NCBI RefSeq assembly: GCF_002105155.1
Contig: NW_019028980.1
Location: 310,001-374,000, forward strand
Origin: Lobosporangium transversale
Lineage: Eukaryota
DNA length: 64,000 nt
Reading direction: 5' to 3'
In this document: positions 12,292 to 27,258 of the stretch, piece by piece
Numbering within the stretch: the stretch's first letter is position 1
Layout of the letters: each line of letters begins with the position of its first letter
The notes under the pieces: generated by a model
Databases searched by the model: none
Seen by the model: the letters and a program-made list of their open reading frames with translations, nothing else
Told to the model about the DNA's origin: nothing
Made by a program: the position numbers and the translations under genes

Positions 12292-15200
12292 TCAAATACC
12301 ATCAGTGGTAACTAGCTTGATCATGGTTTCAACGACTGGGTTATCTGAAACCTTCAGGTCTGGATTCAGGACCTTGGCTTGCAAGATAGCATCCAGCAGT
12401 TTCTTTAATTGGTTCACCAGCACTCCGATACGCGCAAATGCTCTTAGCTTAACAAAGCCATCACCAATCTCGAGGCCGCGACCCAAATGATCGACTTGCA
12501 CCTGCCCTCCAAAGAGCAACAGACCATACATAGGCACCATTGTTGCATCGTGAACAAAGACCTTAGTAGTCTCTAATTTGGAGAAATAGACCAAGAAGGG
12601 CACTTGATACTGGTTTGTCTGGAACAAAATCGAAGATGGGTGCAGAAATACTCGTCCATCATCCTTAGTAAACATCCGGATTTCCTTCGTCACCGTCTGA
12701 CGTTCAACAGCCCCAGCGATCATCTTGTCAAACTTGGCATCAGGCATCTTGATCTTAATCACATTTGGATACAAACCAGAGAGGATGATGGCTTTGATCA
12801 GTGCCATGTTATCTGAGTGGACATTATCCTCTCCACATGAACATCTCTCTGATCGACGGCGATTCTGAGGTTGGGACGGATTTTTAGTGGTGAAGCCGAT
12901 GTCATCCAAGACTTCAAGATATTGGGATTTAAGGTTTTGGATCTCAAAGAGTGTATTTGTCGATAGGAAATTATCTTCACAAAACGCCTTGAGCTCAGAT
13001 CGACTGGCACCATTGTCTTTCATCTTTTCCCATGTGTCATATGCCTTCCACGCAGTCAAAAGATCCGACTTGGCTGTTGCAAATTGCATCTTCTTATTTT
13101 GAGCCTCATCTCTCTTATCCATGGGCGATACAAATGGACTCTTGACACTCATGCATGAAGCCACAATCAAAATGGGCTCCAAGCATCTAAACACGGCTCC
13201 AAAGATAAGCATTTTGGCGATCCGTAGATCAGCTGGAATATCTGCCATATGCCTTCCTAGTGGGGTCAATTCTCCCGTAACGCTATCTAATGCGCCGAGA
13301 TCCTCCAGTGCCTTGAGTGCTGTCTGAATGGCTGATAGGGACGGTGGAGTGAGGGCCTTACCTAAGAACGCTTCGACGTCCTTCTCACCCATAGCCTTCA
13401 CTGAAAGACAGAGTTGCTCCAATGGAATGCGTAAGATCTCAGGATCCTGCTGCGGCGCCAACTTGAGAGACTGTTTCCTGGAAAACAATTTATACACAAT
13501 ACCAGGACGTGTACGTCCAGCACGACCTTTGCGCTGACGAGTAGAGGCGAAAGATGTCCAAGTTTCCACTAGCTTGGTCATGTTGTTCTCCATTCTTGTC
13601 TCCTTCACCCGTCCCGAATCAATGACGTATACCACTCCATCTCTATGAAAATTGGAAAGATTATGAAAAGATATTGTTAAAGATTTCATCTTCAAGTGGT
13701 ATTAGAGCAATCCAAATGCCTAGTATTGAATAGAGGAGTTAAAAGAAAAAAAAGAATAAAGTCACATTTCTAAATATTTTCCTATTTTGATAAACTTACA
13801 TGGTAATACTAGTCTCAGCGACATTGGTCGCGACAACGATTTTTCGCACGCCCTTGCGAACCGGCGCAAAGACACTACTTTGCTCCTTCGGCGTAAGAGC
13901 AGCATGTAGGGGTATAATATCAAGTGTCTGGGTCACAGTCCTGGAGAAGAGTGTCAATGCATCAATACATTTTTTGATTTCCATCACACCTGGAACCAAC
14001 AGCATACGACATATAGAAATATGTTAGCCTCCCTAATCATAAGCCCCCACAAATTCAACAAATCAACCTGAAGGGAAACCATTCCAGCAATCAGCGTATG
14101 TAATAGTAATATACCTGGTAAAAATATGAGGATAGCCCCATCAATGCTACCCTCTGGTTCCTTGCGTTTAAGAATATCTGCCACACTTGCAGTGATTAGT
14201 TCATAGTCTATCCGTTCAGCATATGCCTCCATAGTCTTGACCTTGGCAATCGTCTCAGCGTCAAAACCTTCGCTCTCGTACTCAGCTTTGGTCTTCTCCC
14301 ACTCTTCTTCCATAGCCTCAGTCATCTTGGTTCGCTTTACAGTTGTTCCTCTAAAGTCTGGTGTGTGGCGTGTGCGAGCAACGATTTCCTCCATATAAAG
14401 CTCTTCCACGGGGTGAGTGAATCCAGGAATCTCAATCACAGGGCATCCGTCAAAGTACCCTGAAAAGAATTCGCTGTTGATAGTGGCGGACATGAGGATT
14501 AGCTTGAGATCGTTGCGTTTGCGAATAAGATCTCGTAAAATGATCAACAAGAAATCAGAATCCACAGATCGCTCATGTACTTCATCGACCATAACGTGTG
14601 TTACGTTTTGAAGCGTGGGATCGGAATGCAAACGACGTAAAAGGATACCAGTTGTACAGAATAGCAATTTAGTGTTTTTGCTTGATCTGTTTTCTCCACG
14701 AATGGAGTATCCAACCTGTTGTCCTATATCAGTCGATCGTTCGACAGCCACGCGCTCAGCCACTCCTATAGCGGCGATTCGACGAGGTTGTGTGCAAACA
14801 ATATTGGCATACTCTCCAATACTCTCTTGAATCCAGTTGTCCAATATGAACTGGGGTACCTGTGTTGTCTTACCGCACCCTGTTTCTCCACACACAATTA
14901 CAACAGAGTTATCCTTCACTGCCTTCACCAATTGATCCTTGAAGCCCCAAGCAGGCAGCTTAGCGCGCGCTATCTGCAAAGCCTGGAAGGAAATGTCCTT
15001 TGACATCCGCTGCTCATACTCCTTTAGCATAGTAAGTGATCCCGGACTGTTAGGTTTGATGTTTAATCGGCGAATGGCCCTCTTATTGTCCTTCTGTGTT
15101 GGCAAACTATTAGGAGAAGGCTTCATGTTTGTGGGCTTGATAAGAAGTGGCTCTGCTACACTTCCGTCGTTCAAAGCAGCCAAAGGTTCTTGGTTCTCCG

Positions 15201-17285
15201 TATCCTGAGTAAGATCAATCTTGATGAGGCCTTCAGTGAGCTGTACAAGACTGGGTGGATTATCCAGGATATCTTTAAGATTATCCTGGACCCATTCCAC
15301 AACATCATAAACGATTGGACCACCCATGGCCTGTACCATGGCGCGATAGGCGTACTGCATGGTTTTTTGGATGATACTGAGGCGAAGGTATGATGGAAGA
15401 TCTGACTCGTTAATGATGAAAAGAGGCGGCTGATTGAAAGGATAAGTTGAGGATCCTGGTATCCGGATCTCGAGCTCGATCTTTGGCGCATTTTTAGTAC
15501 TGTGCAACGTTGTTTCGAGCTTAATTTTCGCGCAGGAATCGCCATCACGGGTGAAGCGGTCATCATAGATACTCTCTAACGCCAGCATCTCATCTTCTCG
15601 AAGCTCACGCAGTTGCTCTGGGGATTCAGGCTCCATTGGAATGTCCTGCACCATGTCTTCAGGGATTTGCCCCTTGGGGAAAGCAAGACGCTTGAATAGC
15701 TCATCCATAGCTTTATCCTCGTCGCCTCCAACCATATCATATACCTGTCCGCAAATAGCTGATGTAAATCCAATAGCTGAAAGTCTTTTAATAGCGTACT
15801 CACGGCCTAAAGATACCGATGTGTGACTGCTGGTTGTGATCGTGGGGTTGTAGTTGGACTGAAGGAAGCTGGGAGGCAGATCGTCCTCTGGCACATGTAA
15901 ACCTAATGATAGCCTCGAGTAATCGTCAATAAATATGCACTAGAAGCATAAAGAATACCTCTGAATCTCCATAGGCTGTACACAATCATCTTTCTTACAG
16001 AGCCAATCCAAAGCAGACGCTTGATCATTGCAGTACTGCATCGCTTCAGCAATATGTCGATCGCGGAAGCCCATGCGTGTAAGGGCTTTCGAGAGGGTAG
16101 TGTTGTATAATGGTTCACCATGAGTACCATATTCTTCGATGTACTACAAATCATTGAAGTATATTGGAAGTTAGAACTTGATCCGACACTCACAATTGCT
16201 CCAGTAGCATGTAATGGATCAAAGTAGCGACTTTTCACCACATACGGTTTGATATAGCTCACCAGCCATCTGCTTCTTGATGACATCTTCGACTTCAGCT
16301 CGCATTTCTTGATTCATATGAACCATAGGCAATTTGTCCCATGCTTTCTTTTGTTTCTCATCATCAGCTTGTCCAGTAAGCGATGATCGACTGGCATATT
16401 CACTAGGACCATAGTTGACGGCGGTTTCCTGCGAAGTATCTTTGACAGGGGTAGCTGCTCTAATCCTCGCTTGCTCCTGAAGAGCCTGTTGAATCTGTTG
16501 TTGCTGTAGTTGTAATTTTGCCGTCTGACTAATAAAAGGGTCTGGAAGATAGAGATGTTGTTCGCTGGGACCTGCCTTTGCTTTCTCAGCATCCAGCTGT
16601 GACCAAAGGTCACGAGGACCTGGTGGTAAGACCATCATCAAGTTCTTATGACTATTGACTCTATGCAGAGCATAGGTAGCCCCATAGTGCCGTGCCTCTA
16701 CTGCTGTTGGTTTATAGATATCCTGAGGTGTAAACGTTGCAGTTTCAATTTGTCCAGTCTTTTTGTTTCTTTTTCCAAGAATTACTGTTGCCACAAATCC
16801 TCTAGAGTTGCGTGTCTATGATTCAATATGATAAATGTAGATATCCATTTAGATGTGAACAGTTGTAAATAAGCACTTTTTTCTTTCTAAAATTTATTCC
16901 TACCACATCGAAATTTGGCTTCTCCCAGCCCAATTTCTGACAATGCTCGTGAAGCAGTGACGATGGTGTTTTCCCTGTCCAACCTGGGAAGACTGCCTTT
17001 GATATCTGAGGAGCAGCAGGTTCGTCCTGAGGCACACCTTTACCGCCTTTGTTATTGAGACTTCCAGAACTCTTTGCACCTGAAGCATTCCCTCCTTTGG
17101 CAGGCCCTTTTGCCGAAGAGCTATCAACACCCTTTCCTACACAATGAGAAAAAAAAAAATTATCAGGAACAAGGAACAGAGAACGACAATTACCATTAAT
17201 TTGTATGATCTACTGATGAAACCAAAAACAGTAACTAAAATGTATTGCAACAAATGATACCTTTCTTAGCAGTGTTCTTTGACAT
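12292..17285 (-). CDS. DEAH-box RNA helicase, DHX57/Ucp12/YLR419W-like (dsRBD-like, UBA, RWD, helicase, HA2, OB)
   Basis: Motifs GETGCGKTT, DEVHER, MSAT, ATNVAETSIT and QRKGRAGR. RWD segment (DEMLALESIYDD..YPFNQPP) and N-terminal GWTGKTPSSLLHEHCQKLGWEKP. Multi-exon, ATG at 17285. Confidence 0.92.
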
Positions 17286-18196
17286 GAAGGGATGAGAAAT
17301 GTGCAAGCATTGAGAATTAGATCAATACAGCTTTTATGTGTTTGAAGGGCAAGAAAAAAATTCAATAATTAATGGGCAAAATAATACTACAAAAAACACC
17401 GCCATATTTCAGTTAGACCATTCCTAATGTTGAATTGCTTGCCCGAGGATACATGGACTTATGGAGTCAAAAAAAAAAAAAAAAAAAAAAAAGATCTGTT
17501 CGCTGGCATTTTTGCTCCGGAACTCCATCTCCAATGTGCTCAAACCAAACTAAACTGCTATTTCTGAATAATAGCTCCAATCTACCCTAAAAAAACACTT
17601 GCATCGTTCGCTGTGTGCCGCGTTTATGTTGTGTGTTAAATATTAAAGTGTATTCGACATGGTAAGGAATATCCAGACCATTCCTCCGTAAAGGAGGGGC
17701 AACTGGGCTCCAGCTTGTCGAACTGATCACTTGTTAAAAGGACCTTCTCTTGGGTCGATTTGTAGAGTGAGCTGTCTTGATTAAAAACAATGCCCACGAC
17801 AATAATAATCACCCGTGAGTACAAAGATCTTTTCTGCTCAGCAAAAATCATTTCATTTATGGGAATCGAGCCTCACAGTTGTGACAAGCTTATTTCAATC
17901 TGAAAAGACTCTTCTAATGCAAATCCTCTCATGGGGACTAAATCATTTTTGTATTGAATTTTAGCTGGTGATTTAAAAAAGAGCCGAGCCCCGCTCGGCC
18001 GAAAGGACTTTTTTTTTATTACTGTTATTTTTTAAGGGACACAAACTTTCAAAATTCATGAAATTTCTTTCTTGCACTTCCCTAGCGCCCCATTCAGAAG
18101 AAATACTATATACATGTGTAGTGATTGTGTCAAATGTTAGGCAAAATACACCGCGCAGCAGGTATCTTGCTCATCTCTCATTTCGTCATTTGTTTT

Positions 18197-19722
18197 TTAG
18201 ACCTGGATGTTGTCCAGGATAGCAGCGAAACCAGCCCAGGTCTCGATTCCCGAGGGCAAAATCTGGCTGGCAGGAAGGCTGAAGCCATAGCGACCAGTGT
18301 CACGGAGCTCGACAGCAAAAGGAGCCTCAACACCGACGCTGTAAGCATAGTCAGCAGAGGTACCTGAGGACTGGTAGATGGTGTTGTAAATGTCTCCGGT
18401 TCTAAACTGGGTGCCATAAACCGCAGCAATGGCCTGAGCAGCCTTTTGAGCAAGACCGTTCATGTAGCTGTAAGTTGGAGGACGCTGGGCTGTGTAGCCA
18501 TATGGAACCATCCACAACTGAGAGTACGAGTGGAAGTCAATGTACGAGACCACATTAGGGAGTGAGCTGATATAGTTGCCAATATTACGAGCTTCAGGAG
18601 AAGAGAAAGGACTGGGGCCCATGTAGTCCTCAGCACAAGGATTAGTGGACGAACCACCGGTGCCCCACTTGTAGTTCCAGTTACGGTTGGCTTTTTTGAG
18701 AAAAAGGAGTCGAAAAGAATTATTAGAACCGTTGTTTGGAAGCTCATTCCTTTTTATAAAAAAAAAGACAGAGATGCGACTTACTGTCAGTGCCGAGACA
18801 TCCACCGTTGGACTGGGCATTCTTGCGGTGCATACGGTTCGAGCTTTGACTGATAACGAAACCGTCAGGGTTCATCACAGGGATGATGTGGAAGGTGTAC
18901 TTGTTCAAGTAACCCGCGACACGAGAGTCGGTGCCCTTCAGCAACTGGTCAATAATGTATCTAATGTGTCAATCGCAAGCAACATTATGTTAAGTAACTT
19001 GATATTTTTTTACTAAAACAAATGAAACAAAAAAAAATAATAAATAAAACTTACTCAACAACCATGGTAGTGATCCACTCACGTGCGTGCTGTGTGCCGT
19101 GGAAGACAATATGGTTTGGACCCTTGCCAATCTTGATACCGTTCTGTTCACGGCCCTGGAACGACTTGCCAGCACTGAAGCCAGTGGCCTTGCCTGGATT
19201 GTTAGCAATCTGGGTCGCCAGCCAGTTCTGGTGCTCAGCGAATGAATGGTATCCCTGGAACCACAGATCAGCAGCAGCATAGACATCGGCTCCCTCGATG
19301 GCCTTGTTAACTGTGCTTAGATTATTGGTATTCTTCTTGCTTTCTTGGACCTTGGCAGTGAAAGTCTGCTCGTACTTCACGTTCTCCTGATGCTCTTGGT
19401 CGATCACGGTTTGCAAGTTCTCGATCAAGGTCTCGTACTGAAGTTTGAGGCCCTGGAACTTGGAGAAAAACTGAGGTGCGATGCGGACATCAACAGTGCT
19501 ACCAACACCCTTGTGGTGAGTGAAGTAATCCAAGCCAAGAGCGTCCTCATTAGCGGCCAAAGTCTTGAGTTCGGCCTCAGTACGGACCTGGATACGGACC
19601 ACACGGTGATTGACAAATGTTGTAACACCGTTGCTTGGTGCGGGGAGAGCGAATGAAGGCGAAGGGGCCAGCATAACAGAAAGGGCCACAACGGCCGAAA
19701 GAGAGAAGATTGGCAGCTTCAT
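18197..19722 (-). CDS. Secreted zinc carboxypeptidase, M14A family (prepro-enzyme)
   Basis: Signal peptide and propeptide; HAREW zinc motif, NPDG, RKN, NRNW, DFHSYSQ and catalytic ELRD; 3 exons. Confidence 0.93.
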
Positions 19723-22700
19723 TTTTTTTTTTCCCTGGAAAGAAAGAGTGTCGGTGTGTTTGTGGGGGTAGAGTAGGAGAGGTGTTTGAGGGGTAGGGAA
19801 ATCAAAGAAAAAAAAGTGCTTTGGAAGGGGGATAAAGTGTTTCTTTTATATTCAACAAAGCCTTAAAGAAAAGGGACCATCAATCGTTTTAAATGAATAA
19901 ATAGCCGCTGTCAGTTCGTTACGATCACATAATTCAGGAGTAGTTTTTTTTTCTTCATAGGCATATTTGTTTGGACAATGTAGTCGCATATTCAGTTACA
20001 AAATAAACTATTTATTCTAACGTAAACATTTGGACATGAATTTCTTATTTTTCAAAGGCCAATTACCATTGAGGTTTTATAAAAACGAAGGGGGATTGAA
20101 ACATTCAGGTATGCAAGTGAATTCTTTTTTGCGGTTGGACCCCTGAAGATGCATAAAGTTTCGGCCGCAATCTTCAACTCTTTTCAACCAAATGCTGAGG
20201 ACTATGGCCTATACTTCATGAAGCTCACTCTCATCCAAGGACCTTTGGACAGCCGTCCTGCATGTTGAGTCAGAGCTACTTGGCTGACAAGTTAACAAAA
20301 AAAGAAAAAAAAATTCCATGGGAAAGAAAGTAAACAATTATGGGAAAGATAGGCTTGTCCTTTCACTCCAGTACAATTTTTCAATTATGAGATGCCAAAA
20401 ACAAATAATAATGAATAACGGATATACTAACCAGGAAAGGTGTAGACCAATAAAATGAGGACGATGTTATTTAACTATTGTGTGAGCTAGCAATCAGGTC
20501 GCATGCATGTGTCTCTGCAGGGTTAGATGACTTTTTTTTTTTGCGCCCTCGTACTGTTCCTTTTTTTTTATTTTTTTTTAATTGATTATATTTCTAATCT
20601 TCAGGGTTCTGATAATCGAGCCCTTGGTTGGCCCTGAATAGTTACGCGAAATCAGACCGCATTGACAAGAACAATATTTGTATACAAACCATGTCAATAA
20701 ACAACAACCGAGGAAACATTCAGCCGCTTGGCCGCTAGCAGGCTCCCAATTTTTTTCTACTTCTCACCTTATTCGATTACACACAGGGTTGTCTTTTTTT
20801 TTCCTTTTTCTGTTTGGATGATGGTGACATCTTCGTACGTGTATGACAGTTTGTACATTCATCGAAGAGGCTTCGGTCAATTTCGTGGGATATCTCAGGA
20901 TATGTAAGCAAGTAATAATGAAAGTCCAAAAGTACATGAAGAGCATGTACACCTTCTGTTATTTTGCCACGAATCCTTGTATGATATTTAGTTATATATC
21001 ACACATTACCTTGCCAGCATGACAGGATATATAGTCCATTATACCACAGCATAACGGAGCTGTAGGTTGGGAAAATTAAACAGGTGTTTGTTTTCTTTAA
21101 GGTGTTGGCGTTCCTGAGAAAGTAAGGGATACAGAAAGTTTTTTCCCACAAAGCTAGCGTTGTTTTTTTTTTTTTTTTTTTTTTTTACCCATGAGCAGTT
21201 GGTGGGAAAGTTAAGGGCAATCGAATGGAGGACGACGGTCCAATTTTCAACTCATTTACCCTGCAAAGTTATCGATTGCAAAGAAAGTAAATAAATGATA
21301 ACATCAATAAGCACTAACGTATATATATATATATATATAAATACCATTACATTTGTTGTTTTTTCGCATGATAATGTACATCTACATGTCATAAACCAGG
21401 CATCACAGAGTTTGAAAATAAACAAGCATGGCGAGGGCAACAGCTTTGTGTTCAGCAAGTGTGCTTTATTTTGTATGTGTATATATTTTAATGTAGGGAA
21501 ATTGATCCTTAAAAAAATAAAAAAAACATCAAACTCATGTTTTCTGAAATATTTGACAAGATAGAGCTCAGTGTATTGCCTGTTTGTTTGGCTCATGATA
21601 ACAAACTAAATTACACATAACATTCTTGCAAATGTTCAAAACGCGACCTAGACTGAAAAGCACACGCGTCGGAGTCAGAGCGCATTGGGAATGGGGAGTG
21701 GAACCAATGGCTGTCAGGCTGCTGCACCATGCGTGTGACTCCGTTGCACGATATCATGCAGAGTTTTATTGGTTGATTTCTTTTCTCGTCAATCGGCAGG
21801 AGACAAAAAGAGGACACATGTCCCAAAGCATTTTGATAGTCGACAGTTGACAGAGCAGGATGTGGACCATATTTGGATTCGCTTGCAATCAACTAATATG
21901 AATGCATTTAATGAACTACGCCCACCCTTTCCCGCACATTTGCACTACAACCTACAATCTACGTCGCATAGAATCTCTCTGTTGAGTCTGGAAAATAGTA
22001 AACGCTCTATTAAGTCGACCAAGCAATAACGAGCGCGTGTTCCACAAAACCAGAATGTTCTATCCTTTACATGTACTTTTTCCTCTCTTTTTTATGATAC
22101 TTTTAGTCCATTTGTATATTTCTCCTTTGCCGATAATGTCGGCTCGTGGCTTTATCGCATCATTGCCACCCTAGTTGTTTGTGTCCTATATTCTACTGGT
22201 TCTTTTCGCTTGCCTTCTTAGCTTAATGAGCTTGTACTTAATCTAATGGCTCATCTTTCACCCAAGAACAAAGATCCCATTTGTACCCTTTGGCTGAGGC
22301 TGAGGATATAAATGCCTGTATCCCAAACCTTATGGCCAGTCATGGCGTTTCGGTACCTGTAGGTCTTGAACTTTAGACAATACAAACAACGGATTGGATT
22401 ACATCCACCATAATGTAGTCAATTAAAACTGATGAGACACTTGTTGCTAAAAGATCTAGCTTTGTTTCTTCATGTTGTGGACGAATGTTTTTGCTATTTA
22501 CTTCCACAGGTCATGAAAAATCAATGATTTAACAGATGGACAGACAGTATGGATATATATCACAGTGCTGATGTGAGCCTTGGCCGCGCAAATCATGACA
22601 CTAATAAACAACCATGTAAGCGTATGAATTTCAGCGTCTATAATCTCCTACAAGCCCACTGTCTCCCTACTGATCCGTTCGGTCCCCTCTAGAGGGGTGT

Positions 22701-22987
22701 CATCTCTCTACCACAAGCTGCGAGAAGTATGGGGACAAGAATCAAAGAAAAGAAAGCGATACAATGTTTCCATACCTTTGAATGTTATCAAGGAGAGGAA
22801 TCATTTTTAACGACTTCTGTTATATCCGTTCTCCAATCTGTTTGTATATTATGCATTTCCTTAATTTTCATCAAGCGGGAATGTTTGGCTGATTATTAAG
22901 GACACTGCGTCCACTTTTATAATACGCAATTGAATTCCTCGTCCCATTATCTATCTTCCCTCCCTCTTTTTTTTTTTTATTTTTTTT

Positions 22988-25417
22988 TTATACTAGAGTC
23001 TTCTTCATATCCTTCAAAGCACTTAGGATTGTCTCTCTGAACTCTCGCGAGTTGGTCTCCTTGCAGCTCTTCAGGCTCGAAATTGAGAACTTGATGTTTT
23101 CCTTGCCAATCGCATAGTTAATCCCGTATCCTTCAGGGACCACTGGTCCGAATCCTCCCCAAAAGTTGTCACCAGGAGACATGTTGGACGAAGATATTCT
23201 AAAGTACATGGATTGGATGTATGAAGGATCTTGGAATATTAAAGCCTGCTTCTGTTCCTCAGGGGTTTGCATCATTGAGCGAAGACCCAGTAAGTGGCGG
23301 TCAACACCCTTGCCTGCCGAGGCCGCCATCATGTATTCAAGATGCGATTGAATAGCCTTTTGCAAAAGGCGTTGCTTCTCCGTGGTCTATAAACAAAAGT
23401 ACAATGAGGGGTTACTAGAGCTCATTACTGCTAAAGAGCGATGGGTAGAAGCTCCACTGCATCAATGGTCGTTATTAATCTTCGCTCATCTTACATCAGT
23501 GTTCTTGCTCTCGTATCCCTTCACAAAAGCGACACTCTCCACAGAACACGAGCGCACAGTCTCTGTACGACCACCCAAAAACAAGCGTGTCGATGCGGAC
23601 TCATATGTGGGGGTCCACGTGCCATAGTGGCGATAGTAAGCCAGCTGAAGTGCCATCTGCACAAATGCGTCGGGCGAACACTTGACTATATTTAAATGAA
23701 AGAGTAATTGAGCGACATTTATGTTGTTGAGTTATAACATCCACACGAAAGAGACTATGCAAAACAATCCAAACCTCGGATTTCGCCTATTACGCAAGAT
23801 TTTTCGCCAATACACTTACCACTCTTTAGCCAGTTGGAACCATACTCTCCAAAATGAATCAAGCAGCTGTCAACATTGTCAATCATTTTCTTGGCATTAA
23901 CTTCTGCTTGCTTAATGGTAGCCTCGATCTCACCATTAACTACAAATTTGATATGCTCAATTGGAGCGAGCCGGATATTTGAAGGATTCTTGGGCTCAGC
24001 ATTCTTTTCACTAAACAAATATAAAAGATGAAACATGTTAGAGATTGATGTCTTCATATTTCAGCCGTAAGTGTCCCTTTTTCGTCCGCAAAAATTACTG
24101 TAGCCCATACTTTTTGACAAGCTCATCCAAAATGCGTCCAGGGATGACTGCATCAGCCGGAGTATGCTCTCCATTGATGCCAGCGCGGCCATTGCTCTCG
24201 AAAATGAATTGCATTGACTTGTCGAACCACCGGTTGTGGGCATTTCCAGCATGGAAGATATTGTGGTGTGACACATCAATGTCTCTGTCTGAGCTGTAGT
24301 CGTCTAAACAAATTACAAACAATGCGTGATCGATCACGCTCAAAGAAGCATGGTTCTGGGGCGAAAGACCCAAGAGAGTATGCCGAGCCTTCGCCCAGGT
24401 ATCTCTGTTCTCTGATGTTAACACCCCAATAGCAGGTTGCTTCTCCTTTTCCGGCAAGTTGTTGACCGCTTCAACCACGTGTTTAAGCTGCTGCTCAATT
24501 GCTTGAATAGAGACACGTTCACCATTGTGGCCGATAACGGGCACCCTGAAAATCTGATCTCTCATCATGACAGCAATGTAATCGGAAGTCGTTGGCCAAG
24601 TCGTGACAATCCTGTCTCTAGGCAAGTCTGCGACACGATAAGCCTCAAACTGATTCTTGTACTGGTTCATGCAGAGTGGTGCAGTACGCTGGTACTCGGG
24701 CGGCAAAGTCTGATTATTGACATGATCATTGAATGTGAGCAACGAACTAGCATAATTGGCTGCGCGTTGGATCTGTACATCCGAAACCACACCACGTGCT
24801 GGATTTTTTTCCAAGTTGAATGAAGGCGAATCCTTGAACTGGGCCCACCAATTGACATTAATCATGGAAGGCTCTCGCCATTCAAGATATCCCTTATTCA
24901 GCCAGATGGTCTCGAGCCATGAATGCTTCTCTGTCTTGTCCAATGTGCGGAGTCGCCCCTGCAAAATTTCGCCTAGTCCGTCTGGCTTCACAAACTCGTC
25001 CACAGCTTTCTCTGCTCTCGCTAGCTCTGCCTCACCGAGAATGGGGATAAGACTCCTCTTGTAGCGTGCTGCTGTCTCTGCCAAGGAAGGAATGGGCAGA
25101 CGAGGCACCCTGGACTGGTTTTGAAAAGATTTTTCGACTGAATGTGGAGCAGCCGTGGAGTAGGCAGCAATACGTCCTCGGCCCTGACCCGAGCGCGTCA
25201 GGCTAGTCAAGAGTCTATATTAACCAGATAAAAGTCGATTGGCATCATTTAGTTGCTCCAACTCTTGTTTCAGCAACTCATATCGTGTTTTTGTATTTTT
25301 GTTTTCACATTCTATTTTTATCACGCGATGAGTTGATGTTAACACGGCGTTTTGGTCTGAATAGATGGAAGAGTACCTCGCAGCCTGATGGCTAGAACGA
25401 AAAGAAGCAATGTTCAT
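22988..25417 (-). CDS. Mitochondrial carnitine O-acyltransferase (Cat2/CPT2-like)
   Basis: Motifs [22 protein letters not shown], catalytic [27 protein letters not shown] and [12 protein letters not shown]. Arg/Ser-rich presequence spans exons 1-2. Confidence 0.92.
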
Positions 25418-25891
25418 GGCGTGAATAAAGAATGTAGTTTGCGTGATGATTAGAAAAAGAAAGAAGGAAAAAAAAAAAAAAAAAAAAAAAAAAGAACGAC
25501 TTTTGCCATGGAGCAAATATTTTTCAGGGCACCCCACGGACACATGGACACATGTGTTTCTAACCGAGCCATTAAGGGCCTTTCACTATCGACTGTCGAA
25601 GGCTTCAGAGACAACAAAGATGTAGATCCTCATCATCGATGAGGACTACTACCTCTTCAGAGTCTCCAGAAAGGTTTATTACGTAAAGATCGGGTTATAT
25701 TTACTATGACTTATCTTTGGATGTAAGCTTTGGAAAGAGGCATAGGTATATGGGTCAGTCAGTATGGTGCTTACATTATCAGGCAGACCATTAACACGTG
25801 AAGTATGAATGAATAAATGAATAGTTTTTTATTATAATATTGTTGCTACTTGTATGGGTCAAAATGGATGCGTATAAAATAATATGCTTAT

Positions 25892-26305
25892 TTAGGCAAG
25901 GAAAGCCACAGAGACGACAATCGAAGCTGCAGACAAGACGAGAGAAGAAACATGAATGGATGAGGATGCTGCAGTAGAGCCAGGCAGCTTGACCGTGTTA
26001 GCACCAAAGTTGGCGTTGCAAGTGTCCACAAGCATGGTGGTTGAAAATTGTTCCTGAATCTTTTGGTTCTCAACACCGCAGGTATAGCAAGGGTCTATTT
26101 CATTCAGGGACAGGACAAAAAAAAACATTATTAACACAGAATGTGTCTTCCTTCATTCAAAAATAATTCATTTTTAGGGAAGTTGGAGGCCAGGAGTTGG
26201 ATTGACTATCTCTCATTTTTCCTCTTTTCTGAGGTCTTATCCATTTTAATGGTCTCCTTATTTCCTTAACCACGATCCACTCAAAATCATCGATCCTGAT
26301 CGCTG

Positions 26306-26336
<31 letters not shown>

Positions 26337-26772
26337 GAATTCTACGCGTTTTTTGCATAATGAATTTGTGCCTGACATTTTATTGAAGCCAATTGAAACA
26401 ATTGGCTGAGCAATCATGGCACGAACGCACTTCTAATTCTCATTTTAGAGTCGGAAAAAATGTGTGCCATGATCTCTTTTCAGCTTTTCTATTAGTAGGA
26501 CTATATCTCTTACCATAAGCATTGACAATTGACTGCTTGCACAAGCATTTGTCGGTCTCATTTTTGGTATCGTCAGCAACAGGAAAGGTGATGTCGCCAG
26601 TTGTGGGGTCGACATTGATTTTGCACTCCTTGAGGATTTCAATCAGCGGAGTACACTTCTCCTGATAGCATGGGGCAGGTGTTTCAGGCTGTTGAACTTC
26701 CTGTGCAGAGACATTCGAGACTGCCATGAAGGCGAGAAAGGCAGTGGCAAAGATGATGCTGGAGGAACGCAT
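25892..26772 (-). CDS. Small secreted 8-Cys, probably GPI-anchored cell-surface protein
   Basis: Signal peptide MRSSSIIFATAFLAFMAVSNVSA; two exons giving 8 Cys; Ser-rich spacer followed by a hydrophobic C-terminus. Confidence 0.8.
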
Positions 26773-27220
26773 GATGGAAGTGACAGAGGACGAGTAAGTT
26801 TCGTGGTAGGAGTGCTAATGAATTGAAGTGAAATGAAATGTATGGAATGGGAGAACAGGATGAGGAATGGATTCAATTAGCAGCGAGAGCCAGGGGAAGG
26901 AAAAAGGAAAGAAAGGGACAGAGAAAGAAATTGGATCGTGGTAAAATGGACAAGGAAGAAGAAAAGAGAAAACGAAGAAGGAGATACAAGTGAGCAATGT
27001 AGGCAGGAAGCGTCCGCGCGTGCTTTTACCCTGCTTCTGAATTCACATCATGTTAATCTATCATTGCCTTCATGTCTTCCAATGTTGGCGCTGATTGTTT
27101 TCAACGCTGCTGATGTTGTATATTTTGTATACATTTCCTGTTGATTGTCACTTTCTTTTTTTTTTTGAGAGCACTAGACCGATGCCCCATTTTCTCAAAC
27201 TCCACTTCTCTTTTGCTCAC

Positions 27221-27258
<38 letters not shown>

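Noticed and set aside
17636..17851. 71-aa ORF upstream of the helicase
   Set aside because: No recognisable motif; cannot be distinguished from chance.
17982..18018. GC hairpin GCCGAGC-CCC-GCTCGGC flanked by A/T runs (terminator- or Helitron-end-like)
   Set aside because: Eukaryotic context, only a 7-bp stem, and no proper CTRR/T Helitron junction or other element features.
19800..22900. Short ORFs in the long intergenic region
   Set aside because: Low-complexity or composition-driven ORFs with no recognisable domain or consistent splice model.
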